From assembly GCA_905178155.1 (NCBI GenBank), contig CAJINV010000002.1, forward strand, positions 11,410,591 through 11,474,590: a stretch of DNA of 64,000 nucleotides, written 5' to 3'. The stretch is from Amoebophrya sp. A120 (Eukaryota; Protista; Dinoflagellata). Shown piece by piece: positions 37,082-48,501 of the stretch (its first letter is position 1; each line of letters begins with the position of its first letter). A program made the translations under genes and the position numbers. The notes below the pieces were generated by a model. It made no database searches. It saw only the letters and a program-made list of their open reading frames with translations, and was not told where the DNA came from.

Positions 37082-38260
37082 TCACCAAACAGCTCGTGCT
37101 CCAGCAAAGGACGACAAGGAGAGCCGCACGATCGCCGCTAGCATGAGGGTGGAAAACGCCGTTTGCAACGAAAACGAGGAAACCGCGGAGCTTGTTTCCG
37201 CGGGTGTCGTAAACGTGCGTTCGCAGCCCGCGCCGTCTGGGCAACCGTTAGGTTTGACCAGCGGATCCCAGTACATGGTCCCGCAGCTCACCGGCGCCTG
37301 CGCCGGCGTTAATGTGATGGTCATGGTCCGGTCAATGATGACAAAGCTCGCTTCCACGTGCGCGCCCGTGCTTCCACACACAAATTTCTTCGCGACGGCC
37401 ATCAGCGTGACGCTTTGGCCGACGGCCGCGGCGATCTCCGAAGCGCTGGCGCCCGTGGCTTGCAGAAGTTGGTCCTTGGGCAGAAGAAAACTCCAGTCGT
37501 TGGTGTTGTTCTGCGTGGACATCTGCGAATTCAGACCGGTTTCGTTCACGTAGGCGTGCTGGCGGATTTGCACCTCAAGGGTAACGCCGCCCGTCCCCGC
37601 CTTGGGCTTCACACCGAATTCGATCTCCAACGCGCACTTGCCCACGTCGCTGCCTCCGACGTCCATGGTGTAGCGAATTTCGCTCCGGGCGGCGGCAAAA
37701 GCGGCGGCGTTGCGGAAGAGATACGTTTTCATCGACAGGTCGGACGACACGGTGGAGGTGGTCAAGAACTTTGCGGTATGTCCAAAAACCCCGCGCGTCG
37801 CCTCGGTTTCGCAGTCAACAGAACCCGCCATGGGATTGATGGTCGCCGCACTGTCGACGCCGATGGTGACGCCGTTCACTTCCTTCACCAACAAGTTGAT
37901 CTGCCCGAAGGAGTCTTGGCTCGCCAACGGGTAGGTGCCGGTGAGCGATTTCGTCGCAATACCGAAGGCGTGCCGGTACAGCTCGGCCGTCACCCTCGAC
38001 TTCAGCGGAATCACCGTACCGTTGTCCGCCGCGGCGAACGCCTGGGGAGTCGGCCCGACCTCGTAGCAGGAAATGTGGTAGTGGTTGTCGTGTTCCTTGT
38101 AGTAGCTGAACGCAAGCTCGCCCACGTCCAGATTGGCCCACTCGCGGAGAAACGGAGACCCTCCCGTCCCCAGGTCGAAGGCGCGCGAGCCGCAGGCTGG
38201 GGCAGCACGCGCGTAACTCGCGGCTTGGAGGGCGACAAGCCGCAGTAGTAAATACGCCAT
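37082..38260 (-). CDS. Secreted or surface protein, 392 aa (signal peptide, hydrophobic C-terminus, possible GPI anchor)
   Basis: Intronless ORF with N-terminal MAYLLLRLVALQAASYA, several Cys, and a Ser/Thr spacer followed by a hydrophobic tail. Confidence 0.65.
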   Translation of the reverse strand: MAYLLLRLVALQAASYARAAPACGSRAFDLGTGGSPFLREWANLDVGELAFSYYKEHDNHYHISCYEVGPTPQAFAAADNGTVIPLKSRVTAELYRHAFGIATKSLTGTYPLASQDSFGQINLLVKEVNGVTIGVDSAATINPMAGSVDCETEATRGVFGHTAKFLTTSTVSSDLSMKTYLFRNAAAFAAARSEIRYTMDVGGSDVGKCALEIEFGVKPKAGTGGVTLEVQIRQHAYVNETGLNSQMSTQNNTNDWSFLLPKDQLLQATGASASEIAAAVGQSVTLMAVAKKFVCGSTGAHVEASFVIIDRTMTITLTPAQAPVSCGTMYWDPLVKPNGCPDGAGCERTFTTPAETSSAVSSFSLQTAFSTLMLAAIVRLSLSSFAGARAVW

Positions 38261-39138
38261 TTTTATATACCTGGTCGGTTCGATGAAAACCTACTTTTGC
38301 TTTTGTGCGCCAGGGGCTAGCTAAACGCAGGTGCAACTTCGTTCTACAATAAGAGTAAGTACGAACCACCCTACGCAGATGACAGCTCTCTGTTTGACTT
38401 TGATCATTTCGCAGAACGAAAATCATTCTCCACACGATAAAGTTTTTCTTGGTAGCAAATCAAACCTCTGCCACCTACCGTGCCGGACCACGACACAGCA
38501 CCCAAAACTGAAGAAAAAGGGATAGCATCACTCTCATTGATGTTGATCTCTGTTTGCTTTTGTGTTGTCACCACAGACGTCTTCATCCATCTTGACGGCT
38601 TGTCGCTACGAAACCAAACACCTATACCCCGGCATCGCTTTCGCTGCGCTTTTTCAGCTGCTATGAAACATCGCGGCACAGAAAAAGCGCGTTGCTTCGT
38701 GATGACTTTCTGCCCATGCTTATGGCAATAGACTACCTCTGGTTTTGGCCCCAGTTCTTCGAATCAGCCTATTTTCTCCGTTCTTGTGAAAAATGCGATT
38801 GAAAAACTCGTCTGGTTGACACTATGATAATTGAAAAAGCTTACACTGACACTAGCCTTATATATGATGTGGCGAGATAACAGACATCAACCTGCTCCCG
38901 CAGGTCTGATATCCTGATTTTCCACTGATGCAATCCAGTGGTTGTCGTGCGTCCTCTCATATCGAGTCAATCTTGCTGTTACAGGAGCACGAGCACACGC
39001 GTACCAGGGCCCTGCAAAGGGTCTACAACTTCGGTCCTCTTCTACAATTCGTCGAAATATTTGTGAGGCCCAGCTTCACCGGTTTCGCGCAGCCAATGTG
39101 CTGTGGGTTCCTGTCGACGACCAGCAACACCTGCAGAT

Positions 39139-41597
39139 TTAGATCCACTCGTCATCGGAGTCACTGGCGCCGTCATTGAAGTCATCTGCGTCCGCGCCGG
39201 CAATCTCGTTAAAGTCGATACGGTATCGCATGAGTCCGCCGATACCACCGAAACCTTTTACGAACTGATTGCCCTCCTGACTCTTGTCGGTGACGAATTC
39301 CAGCACGCAGCCAAAGGACTTGAAGTTGTTCACCTGTTTTGGTTTTTGCAGCATTTTTTGCGTGAGAGATTGTTGCTTCTGCCTCCTTGTCCTTTATGTC
39401 TCATGATGTGCATGCAAACAAGTGGGGTTGCTCCGGCGGAGCAAGCAGACCTAGCCTACTAAGTTAGCAGCAGTTCGGGAACGGCCTATCATCTTTGACT
39501 TTGATATAGCAGGAGTCAAATAAAGTTTCATGGCAATGTAAAAAAAAAAAAACAGTACGATCCACTCCGAAAAGGCTATCTTCTCGATGACGTCGAGCTC
39601 CTGTTGCCCCTCCTTCAAAAAGTCTTTGCTTTCAGCCTGTTTTGGTGTCTTGTAAACCACCGATGTTATGTCGGTCGTTGGATTTCGGAGCGTGTATCGG
39701 AGAAGCTGTTCATTTTTGTAGTAGTTCCATGCTTATTTTCATCGTGGCTTTGCTCTTTCATCACTATAACGTCATGTGCATGTGAGTCGTGATCAAGAAC
39801 CTACCTACTCCAACTACGTAAAGCAGTAGTACTAGAACTGAAAGCAAACATGGAGCGGACGATGACGAGCCCTTAAAATAATGACAAAAAAATGCGAGTG
39901 CCGTCTTTACGTCCAAGTTCTCCCACACGATCAGTGTTTCCACTGCGCCCATATTCAGTGCCTCCACAGTCTCGGTCACGCCGAAACAGATCTTTCCTGT
40001 GTCCTGCGCGATTTCTTCCATGAATTTGCAGATAAGCTTCTTCTCCTGCAGGAACTTGACATTTCTCAAGGTCTCGCCGGCAAGCTCAATGGCCTGATTG
40101 AACCCGTTTTCGCCACCGTAACTCACATCGACGACCTTGATGACAACATCAGCTAGCCGCGGATCAAACAGGTCAGATGCAAGCAAATCGTTTTTAAACT
40201 CCGCGGAACCTGAAGTTCAAACGATTTTTTGTTCCAACGAGTGTTTTTTCACTCTCAGGGATTCACCAAAAAGGCTCAAATCAATCTTTCTTCGTGGGAG
40301 CGTTTTCAACGAAAGCCTGCACGCAACTATCGATGCCAATCCGAATCCCCTCAAAAAACAATGAAATTATCTATACCTGCCAAAACAAGTCCTTGCACGT
40401 TTGGTCTGTCGTTACTGATGAACATTTGCACTGCAATTTCCGCCACTTTCCTTACGTAGTTGTGTCGCTTTTCCAGACGCAGGCGCGCGAAACGGAGCGC
40501 GGACTGACCCCCACGACCGTGCTTCTTCGGAAGGTCTACGCTGAACTTGTGCAGGACTTCCCGTGTGTTACCGCACAGTGTCCCGTAAAGGGATCCGTGA
40601 CCATCCATGATCACAAAGCCAAACCTGTAAAGTAGATAGGAGCGAGAATATAATCGTCGAAACAAAAAACGATCTTGGATTTTTGCAGTTGGTTCTGAGA
40701 ATGTGACCCAGACTTTCAATTTTATCGGGATGTAAGTAAAAATGTCATGCCGAGAAAGGCGAGAACAAAGCTGAAACTACTAACTTTGTTCAACAAAAGA
40801 AGTCACTTACTTGTCGTCGTTCTCCAGAAGCTGTTGCAAATCCTCAGTGTGAAAACAGTTGTCGCAGAGGTATAGTGATGTGTTAATCGGTCGAAATGGC
40901 TCGAAGTCGATGGTGACTTTTTTCTCCTTACCTGTTTTTCCACCACCGCGACGTTTTATTTGGGTGCACTAGTCACATTAGCATAGAAACTTAACGTTGT
41001 GCGCTGCGCGGTACTATGTTGTATGACTAAGACTATGAGCAACAAACTTCCTGCATTAGCATGCTGTTGCTGGTCTTGATCCTTTATAGCACGTTCAGGT
41101 TCACGTTGGAGGACTACAATGGTAGAATCAGGAATCAGCCAGGAGTTTTTTTTAAGTACCTTCCTCCGTGATTATTTCCCCGCAGTAGATAACCAGTCCG
41201 TTGGGTGGTGTTCGGTTGTAGAGCTTCAGCCGCTGCTGCGTACTTGCGATCGCAGAGCAGACGGAGAGGCGGTTGACCCGGGACTTGATCCTGCTCGCCG
41301 TGGAGGCCTCGTTTACCAACATCTGCCCATGCCTGTTGATATCATCCCCCGGGGGGATGATCAGCGTGATCATGGACGTGCCGTTCCCGTATCAAAGTGA
41401 AAAGTGCCCCCACCCCATATCGAAAACGAAATTTGGTCACAAATCTGCATCACAAATTTTCAGATGGATGCGCTTTCAATATGGGGAGGGGGCATTTTTC
41501 ACTGCAATATCCCGCGGGCATTGTCCAGTGTCTTGACTAACCGCTTGATCTTCCACTGGTGGATGGCAGTCTCGTGCATAGCATCCTGGTCCGTCAT
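39139..41597 (-). CDS. eRF1: Eukaryotic peptide chain release factor 1
   Basis: [16 protein letters not shown]|[36 protein letters not shown] (GGQ), [29 protein letters not shown]. Five GT-AG introns plus one introner. Confidence 0.97.
41390..41509. mobile_element. Introner/MITE-like element, TIR family A, minimal form (120 bp), TSD TCCCG
   Basis: tcccg|TATCAAAGTGAAAAGTGCCCCCACCCCATATCGAAA…TTTCAATATGGGGAGGGGGCATTTTTCACTGCAATA|tcccg. Splits the conserved ARGNGTS of eRF1. Confidence 0.95.
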
Positions 41598-42415
41598 TTT
41601 CGCGAGGTCCGATGAGAGGGTGTGGTGTTAATAGGAGGTGGTGGTAGAAGAACAAGCTGCAAGCTAGCTAACTAACACTTAATTGAAAACTCTTCGCGGA
41701 TGAGGATGCAGTAGGGTAGTAACAACTTACATCAAGGTGAAACAAAACCTAGTATGTGATACTGTCTTGTAGCAAGAGCTCGAAGAAGTGCTTGGTCAAT
41801 AACGAAGTACTCCTGATAAAAAAGTCAATTATTGAATTACGCTCAAATTTGCAAAAGGAGCAAAGAGAGGCAAAAATACGAGATCCAACCGTTCATGAAC
41901 TAGGTAACCAAGTGATCGGCTGCCGTGTTGCAGAAAGAGGGATCTTTGATTTCTGGACGACAAAGATGGCGACGATAAATATGCTTGTGCACAAAATCAT
42001 CGAGGTCTTCGCCGTCGTCCACTCGTCTTATGCTTTGTGTTGGTCTTTGCGGGGGATGCATGAGGATCTTTAAAAATGAGAGAGACTGACTCATCAAAAC
42101 CAGGGACCAATAAAAAAAGGCAATCGAAATACTGATCCTCCTCCAACAATGAGCAGGCCGGTGCAGATATGGAATGAAACATCGATCGAGCAGAGCTTCT
42201 AAAAATTCATTTTTTGATCGAGATCGTGCAAAAACACAATCGGATCATCTTGTCTCAGGACTAGTATGCGTTCCTGTTCAACTGCACGTCTTAACTTTAC
42301 ATAAAGTAATTACTTCTTAGAACACGAATGGTCACCAGACTCGTTCTTGTTGCCTGCGCTAGATACTTGAGTTGATGACGTTATGTGTGTTCCACGTAAG
42401 CAGCTAGAGTTCTTG

Positions 42416-43843
42416 TTACGCTGCCGCTTTTACAGCAGCGGAAGACGAGCTAGGGTTCGAAATTCTACCTGTCGTTCTCGCATCTTGTTGAAACTTCCCT
42501 TGTTGGGAAGCGTGCAACGGCGTGTCCTCTTTGATCGTACCCTCATCAACGCCCTTCCGGACCTCAGCACGGAGAAGATCGTCAGTTGCAAGCCAGATGT
42601 AACTTGCACAGGCCTGCCCGGCCCGTATTTCGTGCTCTAGCTCCTGTACCGTCAAGGTTTTCTCGTCACGGCCATCAATTGCATCGGTACGGCCCCCGCT
42701 GTCGCTGAATAGCGTTCCAGAACCGTCTTTTTCTTTATCTTCCGCGCGCACGGAGATGTCAGATGAAGGCTCTAGCTCCTTCAGAAAAGCAACTCCGGAA
42801 GTAGATTTCGGTGAAAGACGCATCGCTGTCGTGGTCGTCTCCTCAACCGACGACTCTTGCATTGCAGGGACGTGCCTACGCAGAACTTCGAATCCGTAAT
42901 TTTTGTTCAGCGAAAACTGTTCGACTTTTGCTTTTCCTTTTGCATCCCGACCTGCATTCGCTTTTTCTCCCGATTTCTTTTCAATTTCAACTAGATCTTC
43001 TAGATCCTCGTCCCTACGTGCCCCATACAGTAGGAATGACTCGGCATCTGCCTTTTCGGCGAAAATCAGCCAATCACACGGATGTTGGGATTTTAAGAGC
43101 GTCTCCAATGACCCTGCTATTCCTTTCGAGAAAGCTTTTTCAAGCTGAACCACTTGCTTCACCTTCGATTCCTCGGAGTCTGCTCCGTCTGCTGCTTGTC
43201 GGTCACCAGAAGAAAATGTTTGAAATTCGTTGAGTAGTGCCTTTGCTTTGATTTTTTGGCTGTCCTTGCAATACACCCCCCGTCCTTCCCAATCATGCAA
43301 GGCGTAGCTGAAATGGCGTGGTCGTTGCAACTTCCCTCCTCGTCCCGCTGCTACACTACTGGCATCAGTGTTCGCACCATCTACAACACGCTCGCCAATC
43401 CATGGCGTAGAAACCGTGAAAACGCCTTCTTCGGTGCACCTGCTTGATGCGTCGTCGGCCCCCTGCTCCCTGTCCCTGCCTTGTTGCAAGAAGCCAACTT
43501 CGTTCGAAAACAAAGTCACTCGGATGCGATCAGTACTGCCCAAAAACTCTGCGGCGACGCAGGCTGCTATTGTTAGCTGTGGGGCAACAATGCCAACGCG
43601 ATACTGTTTTAGCTTTGGCAACATTGCCATTGCCTCGTCATTGGTAGATCCGTGGTGCCGCACTTGGAATTGGCGCCCCAGAACAAGAGGCAATCGAAAG
43701 GATTGCATTCGTGCCAAGGAGCGGCTTCCAGACGTACAGGGTCGTGTCACTCGTCGAACAAGATTCTGACGATATGCGCCGCGCACCCCCTCGGGAACCG
43801 CTACGCCGTTGCGGCAGAGTAACTCCATATTTTTCGGTAGCAC
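42416..43843 (-). CDS. Hypothetical protein, 475 aa
   Basis: Long uninterrupted ORF on the cluster strand. The Arg-rich N-terminus might be an organellar targeting peptide; no family recognised. Confidence 0.55.
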   Translation of the reverse strand: MLPKNMELLCRNGVAVPEGVRGAYRQNLVRRVTRPCTSGSRSLARMQSFRLPLVLGRQFQVRHHGSTNDEAMAMLPKLKQYRVGIVAPQLTIAACVAAEFLGSTDRIRVTLFSNEVGFLQQGRDREQGADDASSRCTEEGVFTVSTPWIGERVVDGANTDASSVAAGRGGKLQRPRHFSYALHDWEGRGVYCKDSQKIKAKALLNEFQTFSSGDRQAADGADSEESKVKQVVQLEKAFSKGIAGSLETLLKSQHPCDWLIFAEKADAESFLLYGARRDEDLEDLVEIEKKSGEKANAGRDAKGKAKVEQFSLNKNYGFEVLRRHVPAMQESSVEETTTTAMRLSPKSTSGVAFLKELEPSSDISVRAEDKEKDGSGTLFSDSGGRTDAIDGRDEKTLTVQELEHEIRAGQACASYIWLATDDLLRAEVRKGVDEGTIKEDTPLHASQQGKFQQDARTTGRISNPSSSSAAVKAAA

Positions 43844-44827
43844 TAAAGGTCCTACAACGCAGAAATAAGTTTACTACTCTGAGAGTCAGTCCACAAAACG
43901 AATCGGGCCCTCAGAGAGGAGAAAAGAGAAGCGTTTATTCCTTATCCTTGCTTTACGTCAATATAAAGAAAATCTCCCATCGGTTTCGGTGTCGAAATCG
44001 AAAATGCACACTGGTGTCGAGGGCTATAGAAACACACAGGAGGACCCATACATACTCAAGGCCTCTCCTTGGACAGATCTTCGATATTGTGCCTGGTGTA
44101 ATTATGCTCATAATGATTGCTTGTTTGTATTTCAGTTTTCATCTTCATAGACGAAGGCAAACTGTTGCTTCTCCGCGGCGCTGGCATAATTGGAACAACA
44201 ACAATTCGCAACTTTGAGCGACTTTTGCATTCCCCTGCGCGACCGTTTGGTCGATGTAATGATACAGTTGTTGTTGGCTTTCCAAGTTCTTCGCAGCACC
44301 AGCAGGGAGTCAGAACGTCGGCATTAACGCACTTGCATTTGTCCTGGTTTTAAGCTCAACGAAGCAGCGGGGAATAGGCTCCCGCTGATCTGCGCCACCG
44401 CCAAAAAATAAAGCGTCGTGGCGGGATGAGGATCTTGCCTCGGGTTCTAGTATCATTCACAAGGATATTGATATTACCTAAGTGTAAACGTATTCAAATC
44501 TTTCTTCAGGTTTCGGTTTTGGCTGAATGGTTGATATTCCGTAAGAAGGTTTTCTGGTTTTCGAGTTTTTCATCGATCTAATCGGTCTGCTTCATCCCGT
44601 AGCTCGTTGCGCGAGCAGAGATAAAAAACGATCGAAGTGACTCTTGCTGATGTTCTGGAAAGGTGTAATGTAAGCAAGTTGAAGGTAAATGAAGGTAAAA
44701 AAAAAGTGTAAGCGTAAAAATTGAGTGATATTGAGTGTAGTCAGTCTTGTCCGTTGAAGTCGAGCAAATTCATCTGAAACTGAAACGAAAGAGGACGATA
44801 GTACGAAAAACTACAAAAGTCGACTTC

Positions 44828-47800
44828 CTATCCGTTGAGCGGGCCGCCCTTCTCGAAGCCATCGACGCACCACCGATCCGGGTTCACTGCTTTGAACGCA
44901 CACCCCTTGGAATCCTCTTTGTAGTTTAAACAGCAGGACCACGCAAACCGCCCCTCGCTCTCGATGTAGGTCCACGTCCCGGGATGGAAATACTGCTTGT
45001 ACCGCCTGTCTTGCGTTGTCAGACTGCAGTTTGGCCGGAAGGATTCGTGCTGCACCGGAAATCGCTGCAGCTTCAACTGTGATGTCAGAAGTTGGTCTTG
45101 CATGATTCATTCACATTCTCATTGCATATTGTACTCATGATGATCTTTATCCGTGGAAACGGAAAGCCCTGAAAGTTGTACATTTTCATAGTCTTGAGAG
45201 CAGGAACAAAAAGAAAAACATGCAGAAGCAGCGGGCAGCAGACCAGTAAAGTACGTCAGATTGGAGTTTTTCGTCGAGCAGTCGCTGGGCCATGGCTTGT
45301 AGTCGTTCCTCCGAGCAGCCCGGAAATTCGACGGAGAGCTGTTGCGTTTTAAATCGGACGACTGGAAGTTTTCACTGCAGGCATCCAACCTTCATGTCTG
45401 CTCAATTTCAGAAATCACGTCGAATGTGGTTGGCGGGGTGGTACAAGAATAAAAGATTTTTTTCAATCAAAAGTTCAGTATCTATACCTCGTGCTTGAAG
45501 AGGTCCTTCAAATCTTGGTACTCCACTTTTTTGTCCTCGATGTCTTTATTTTTCAAATAGTACCGCTCCAGGAGAGAGTCGTATTTTTCAAAATTCACCT
45601 TCTCGTCGACAACGTTCATGCGTAGCCTTCTCTTCTCTTTCTGCAGAAACACCCGCTGGGCTTGCTTCACGTCTTCGGGCGCATGCACCGCGGTGGACGC
45701 GTCCAAATCCGGCCAGTCTGGGTTGATGCAGTGTGCGGGCAACCCTCGCTCGTCGACGGCGTTCCACCATTTCCCCACAAACTTACCAATGGGACCCTTG
45801 CCGGTGATCGCGACAACATACCTTGAAATTGATGATGAATACAACGGTGTAGAGAAATTAGACGACCAGCGCTTCGCTTAGTACTGCGTGCTGAGGAATC
45901 TCGATTTTTATCTCACTTTATTACGTTGGTGATTTCCCGGAGCTCGTAGGCCCAGTAGTAGAGAAAAACAATGTACGTAGAGCAAGATTTTCTGTCGAAA
46001 AACTCGTGGACACTGATAGATACCTTATTCTGTCTGCGATCTGCTCCTCCGTCATGTGTTTGCTGTTCTTCATTGTCTTCGCATCCATGAGTCCCGCTCG
46101 TATCTGCGACATTTGATATTTGTAATTGATTTTGATTTTTTTGTTTCACGCTTCTGCTTACTTTCTCAACAAGGTACTCATGTTGTTGTTGACAAAGTAA
46201 ACTACAAAACGCAACTACATCACTACACCAAGCAAGTGTGCACAACATCCGGTCATTTCCGGGCGGCACTGCACACGGAAAGTAAGACTAAATAACGACA
46301 TCAAACTTCTACCTTTGCTAATGTTCTCCTATGCTCTCCTTGTCCAGAGTACGCGGTACTGCCGGTCGTTTTGGAGAGTCGATACTGTGCTGCATTCGAG
46401 AAATTCCATTGGTCCTTGTGTACACCTGTCGTGTATCGAATCAACAATCATGTGGTTGAACTGACAAGAGCTTGGGCTTGCTTCACGCAACACTGACTGA
46501 ATAAAACACATCAGAAATCGAATAAAAGTTGCAGTCGCCACTCATCTCTGCAGCAAAAAAGAGAAATCATGCAAAGCCGTTCAAAGTCAAAGAGGAACTC
46601 GAACTCATCATACGCACATAGACGTGCTTTACCTAATATGTTCCCCCGTTTTGATGCTTGGACAGCTTTCTTGGAGTTGGTCACGGAATCTATCAAATGC
46701 AAAAGTGTCTGGGTCTGGAGGCACGCAACAGCTCGGGGAGCGCAAGGCGCCTTTGATTTCACCAGCGCGCTGCCATTCCAAAAAAGTGCCCGCGTTAGCC
46801 CGGTCACGGGGAAAATTCCCGGCTGCTTTTTTTGCAAAAAAACGCCTTCCCGATGAAGGCTTTTGGCAAGCAACAGCTCGGGGAAGCGCAAGGCGCCTGC
46901 GATTTTACCAGCGCGCTGCCATTCCAAAAAAGTGCCCGCGTTAGCCCGGTCACGGGGAAAGTTCCCGGCTGCTTTTTTTGCAAAAAAACGCCTTCCCGAT
47001 GAAGGCTTTTGGCAAGCAACAGCTCGGGGAAGCGCAAGGCGCCTGCGATTTTACCAGCGCGCTGCCATTCCAAAAAAGTGCCCGCGTTAGCCCGGTCACG
47101 GGGAAAGTTTCCGGCTGCTTTTTTTGCAAAAAAACGCCTTCCCGATGAAGGCTTTTGGCAAGCAACAGCTCGGGGAAGCGCAAGGCGCCTTTGATTTCAC
47201 CAGCGCGCTGCCATTCCAAAAAAGTGCCCGCGTTAGCCCGGTCATGGGGAAAGTTTCCGGCTGCTTTTTTTGCAAAAAAACGCCTTCCCGATGAAGGCTT
47301 TTGGCAAGCAACAGCTCAGAGAAGCGCAAGGCGCCTGCAATTTCACCAGCGCGCTGCCATTCCAAAAAAGTGCCCGCGTTAGCCCGGTCACGGGGAAAAT
47401 TGTCGGCTGCTTTTTTTGCAAAAAAACGCCTTCCCGATGAGGGCTTTTGGCAAGCAACAGCTCGGGGAAGCGCAAGGCGCCTTTGATTTCACCAGCGCGC
47501 TGCCATTCCAAAAAAGTGCCCGCGTTAGCCCGGTCACGGGGAAAATTTCCGGCTGCTTTTTTTGCAAAAAAACGCCTTCCCGATGAGGGCTTTTGGCAAG
47601 CAACAGCTCGGGGAAGCGCAAGGCGCCTTTGATTTCACCAGCGCGCTGCCATTCCAAAAAAGTGACCGCGTTAGCCCGGTCACGGGGAAAATTTCCGGCT
47701 GCTTTTTTTGCAGAAAAGCGCCGTCCCGATGAGGGCTTTTGGCAAGCAACAGCTCGGGGAGCCGCAAAATGCCTGTGATTTCACCAGCGCGCTGCCATTC

Positions 47801-48501
47801 CAAAAAAGTGCCCGCGTTAGCCCGGTCACGGGGAAAATTTCCGGCTGCTTTTTTTGCAAAAAAGCGCCTTCCCGGTGACGGCTTTTGGCACGCAAAGATT
47901 TCTAGTTTTGTCATGCATATTTTCCAGATACCATGGCTGATGGAACTAAGAATGAAGGAGTCAGTCCTCAACCAATACACATTGGAGGAGGGGACCCCAA
48001 CACCCTGGGGGTGAGAATCGAGGGTGGCATTGACCTACAGAAACATATTTTCCATAACCCATGATGTCTGTGATGCATGGATGCCGTAGCATCACTGATT
48101 TTCAGAGCGCTTTGTGATACCTCTACAGCATGAGAAATGCCCTCTCCGCGTAGCACAAACTGGAGTCCTCTTGGTCTTGCTGGTCATGCAATACAAATAA
48201 TATTTATTTTCGGGATCCAGAGACAGCATCACAAGTTTAGAATGTTCCAGACCCAGACATTTTTGCAGTTGATAAAATCTGGAACGTCGCCACTGTGAAA
48301 GACTTTCTCGCATTGGTTCAGGTCGATTTTGTCGGACTTGCAGGAGCCTACTTGGAACTTTGGCTTCAGCCACGTTTTCTCCGGTACTGCTATGCCCAGG
48401 TGTCGCGTCCTGTAGTCGATTGTCGCACCGACCGTCTTGCCAAAAGTCGCAAGGTTTGCGGCATTGGACACGGTCAGATTGGTCATCTGACGGTCCATCA
48501 T
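44828..48501 (-). CDS. Multi-exon hypothetical protein(s) with a C-terminal Btk-type zinc-binding-like motif
   Basis: Exon-like ORFs 48229..48501, 46511..46690, 45482..45844, 45119..45388 and 44828..45103 (YFHPG…WSCC…GC). The frame is restored across element 46691-48274. May be one or two genes. Confidence 0.5.
46691..48274. mobile_element. Introner/MITE-like element, TIR family B, expanded form (1584 bp), TSD GAATC/AAATC
   Basis: gaatc|TATCAAATGCAAAAGTGTCTGGGTCTGGA…TCCAGACCCAGACATTTTTGCAGTTGATA|aaatc (29-bp TIR with 2 mismatches). Confidence 0.9.
46720..47895. repeat. Tandem array of 8 units of 146 bp (first unit 145 bp)
   Basis: Unit starts at 46720, 46865, 47011, 47157, 47303, 47449, 47595 and 47741. 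Units differ almost only by substitutions. Confidence 0.97.

Noticed and set aside
46720-47895. CRISPR array, or repeat-encoded proteins (MEWQRAG…/MASNSSG… ORFs)
   Set aside because: The units are nearly identical along their whole length with no unique spacers, there are no cas genes, and the context is eukaryotic. The ORFs are by-products of the repeat.
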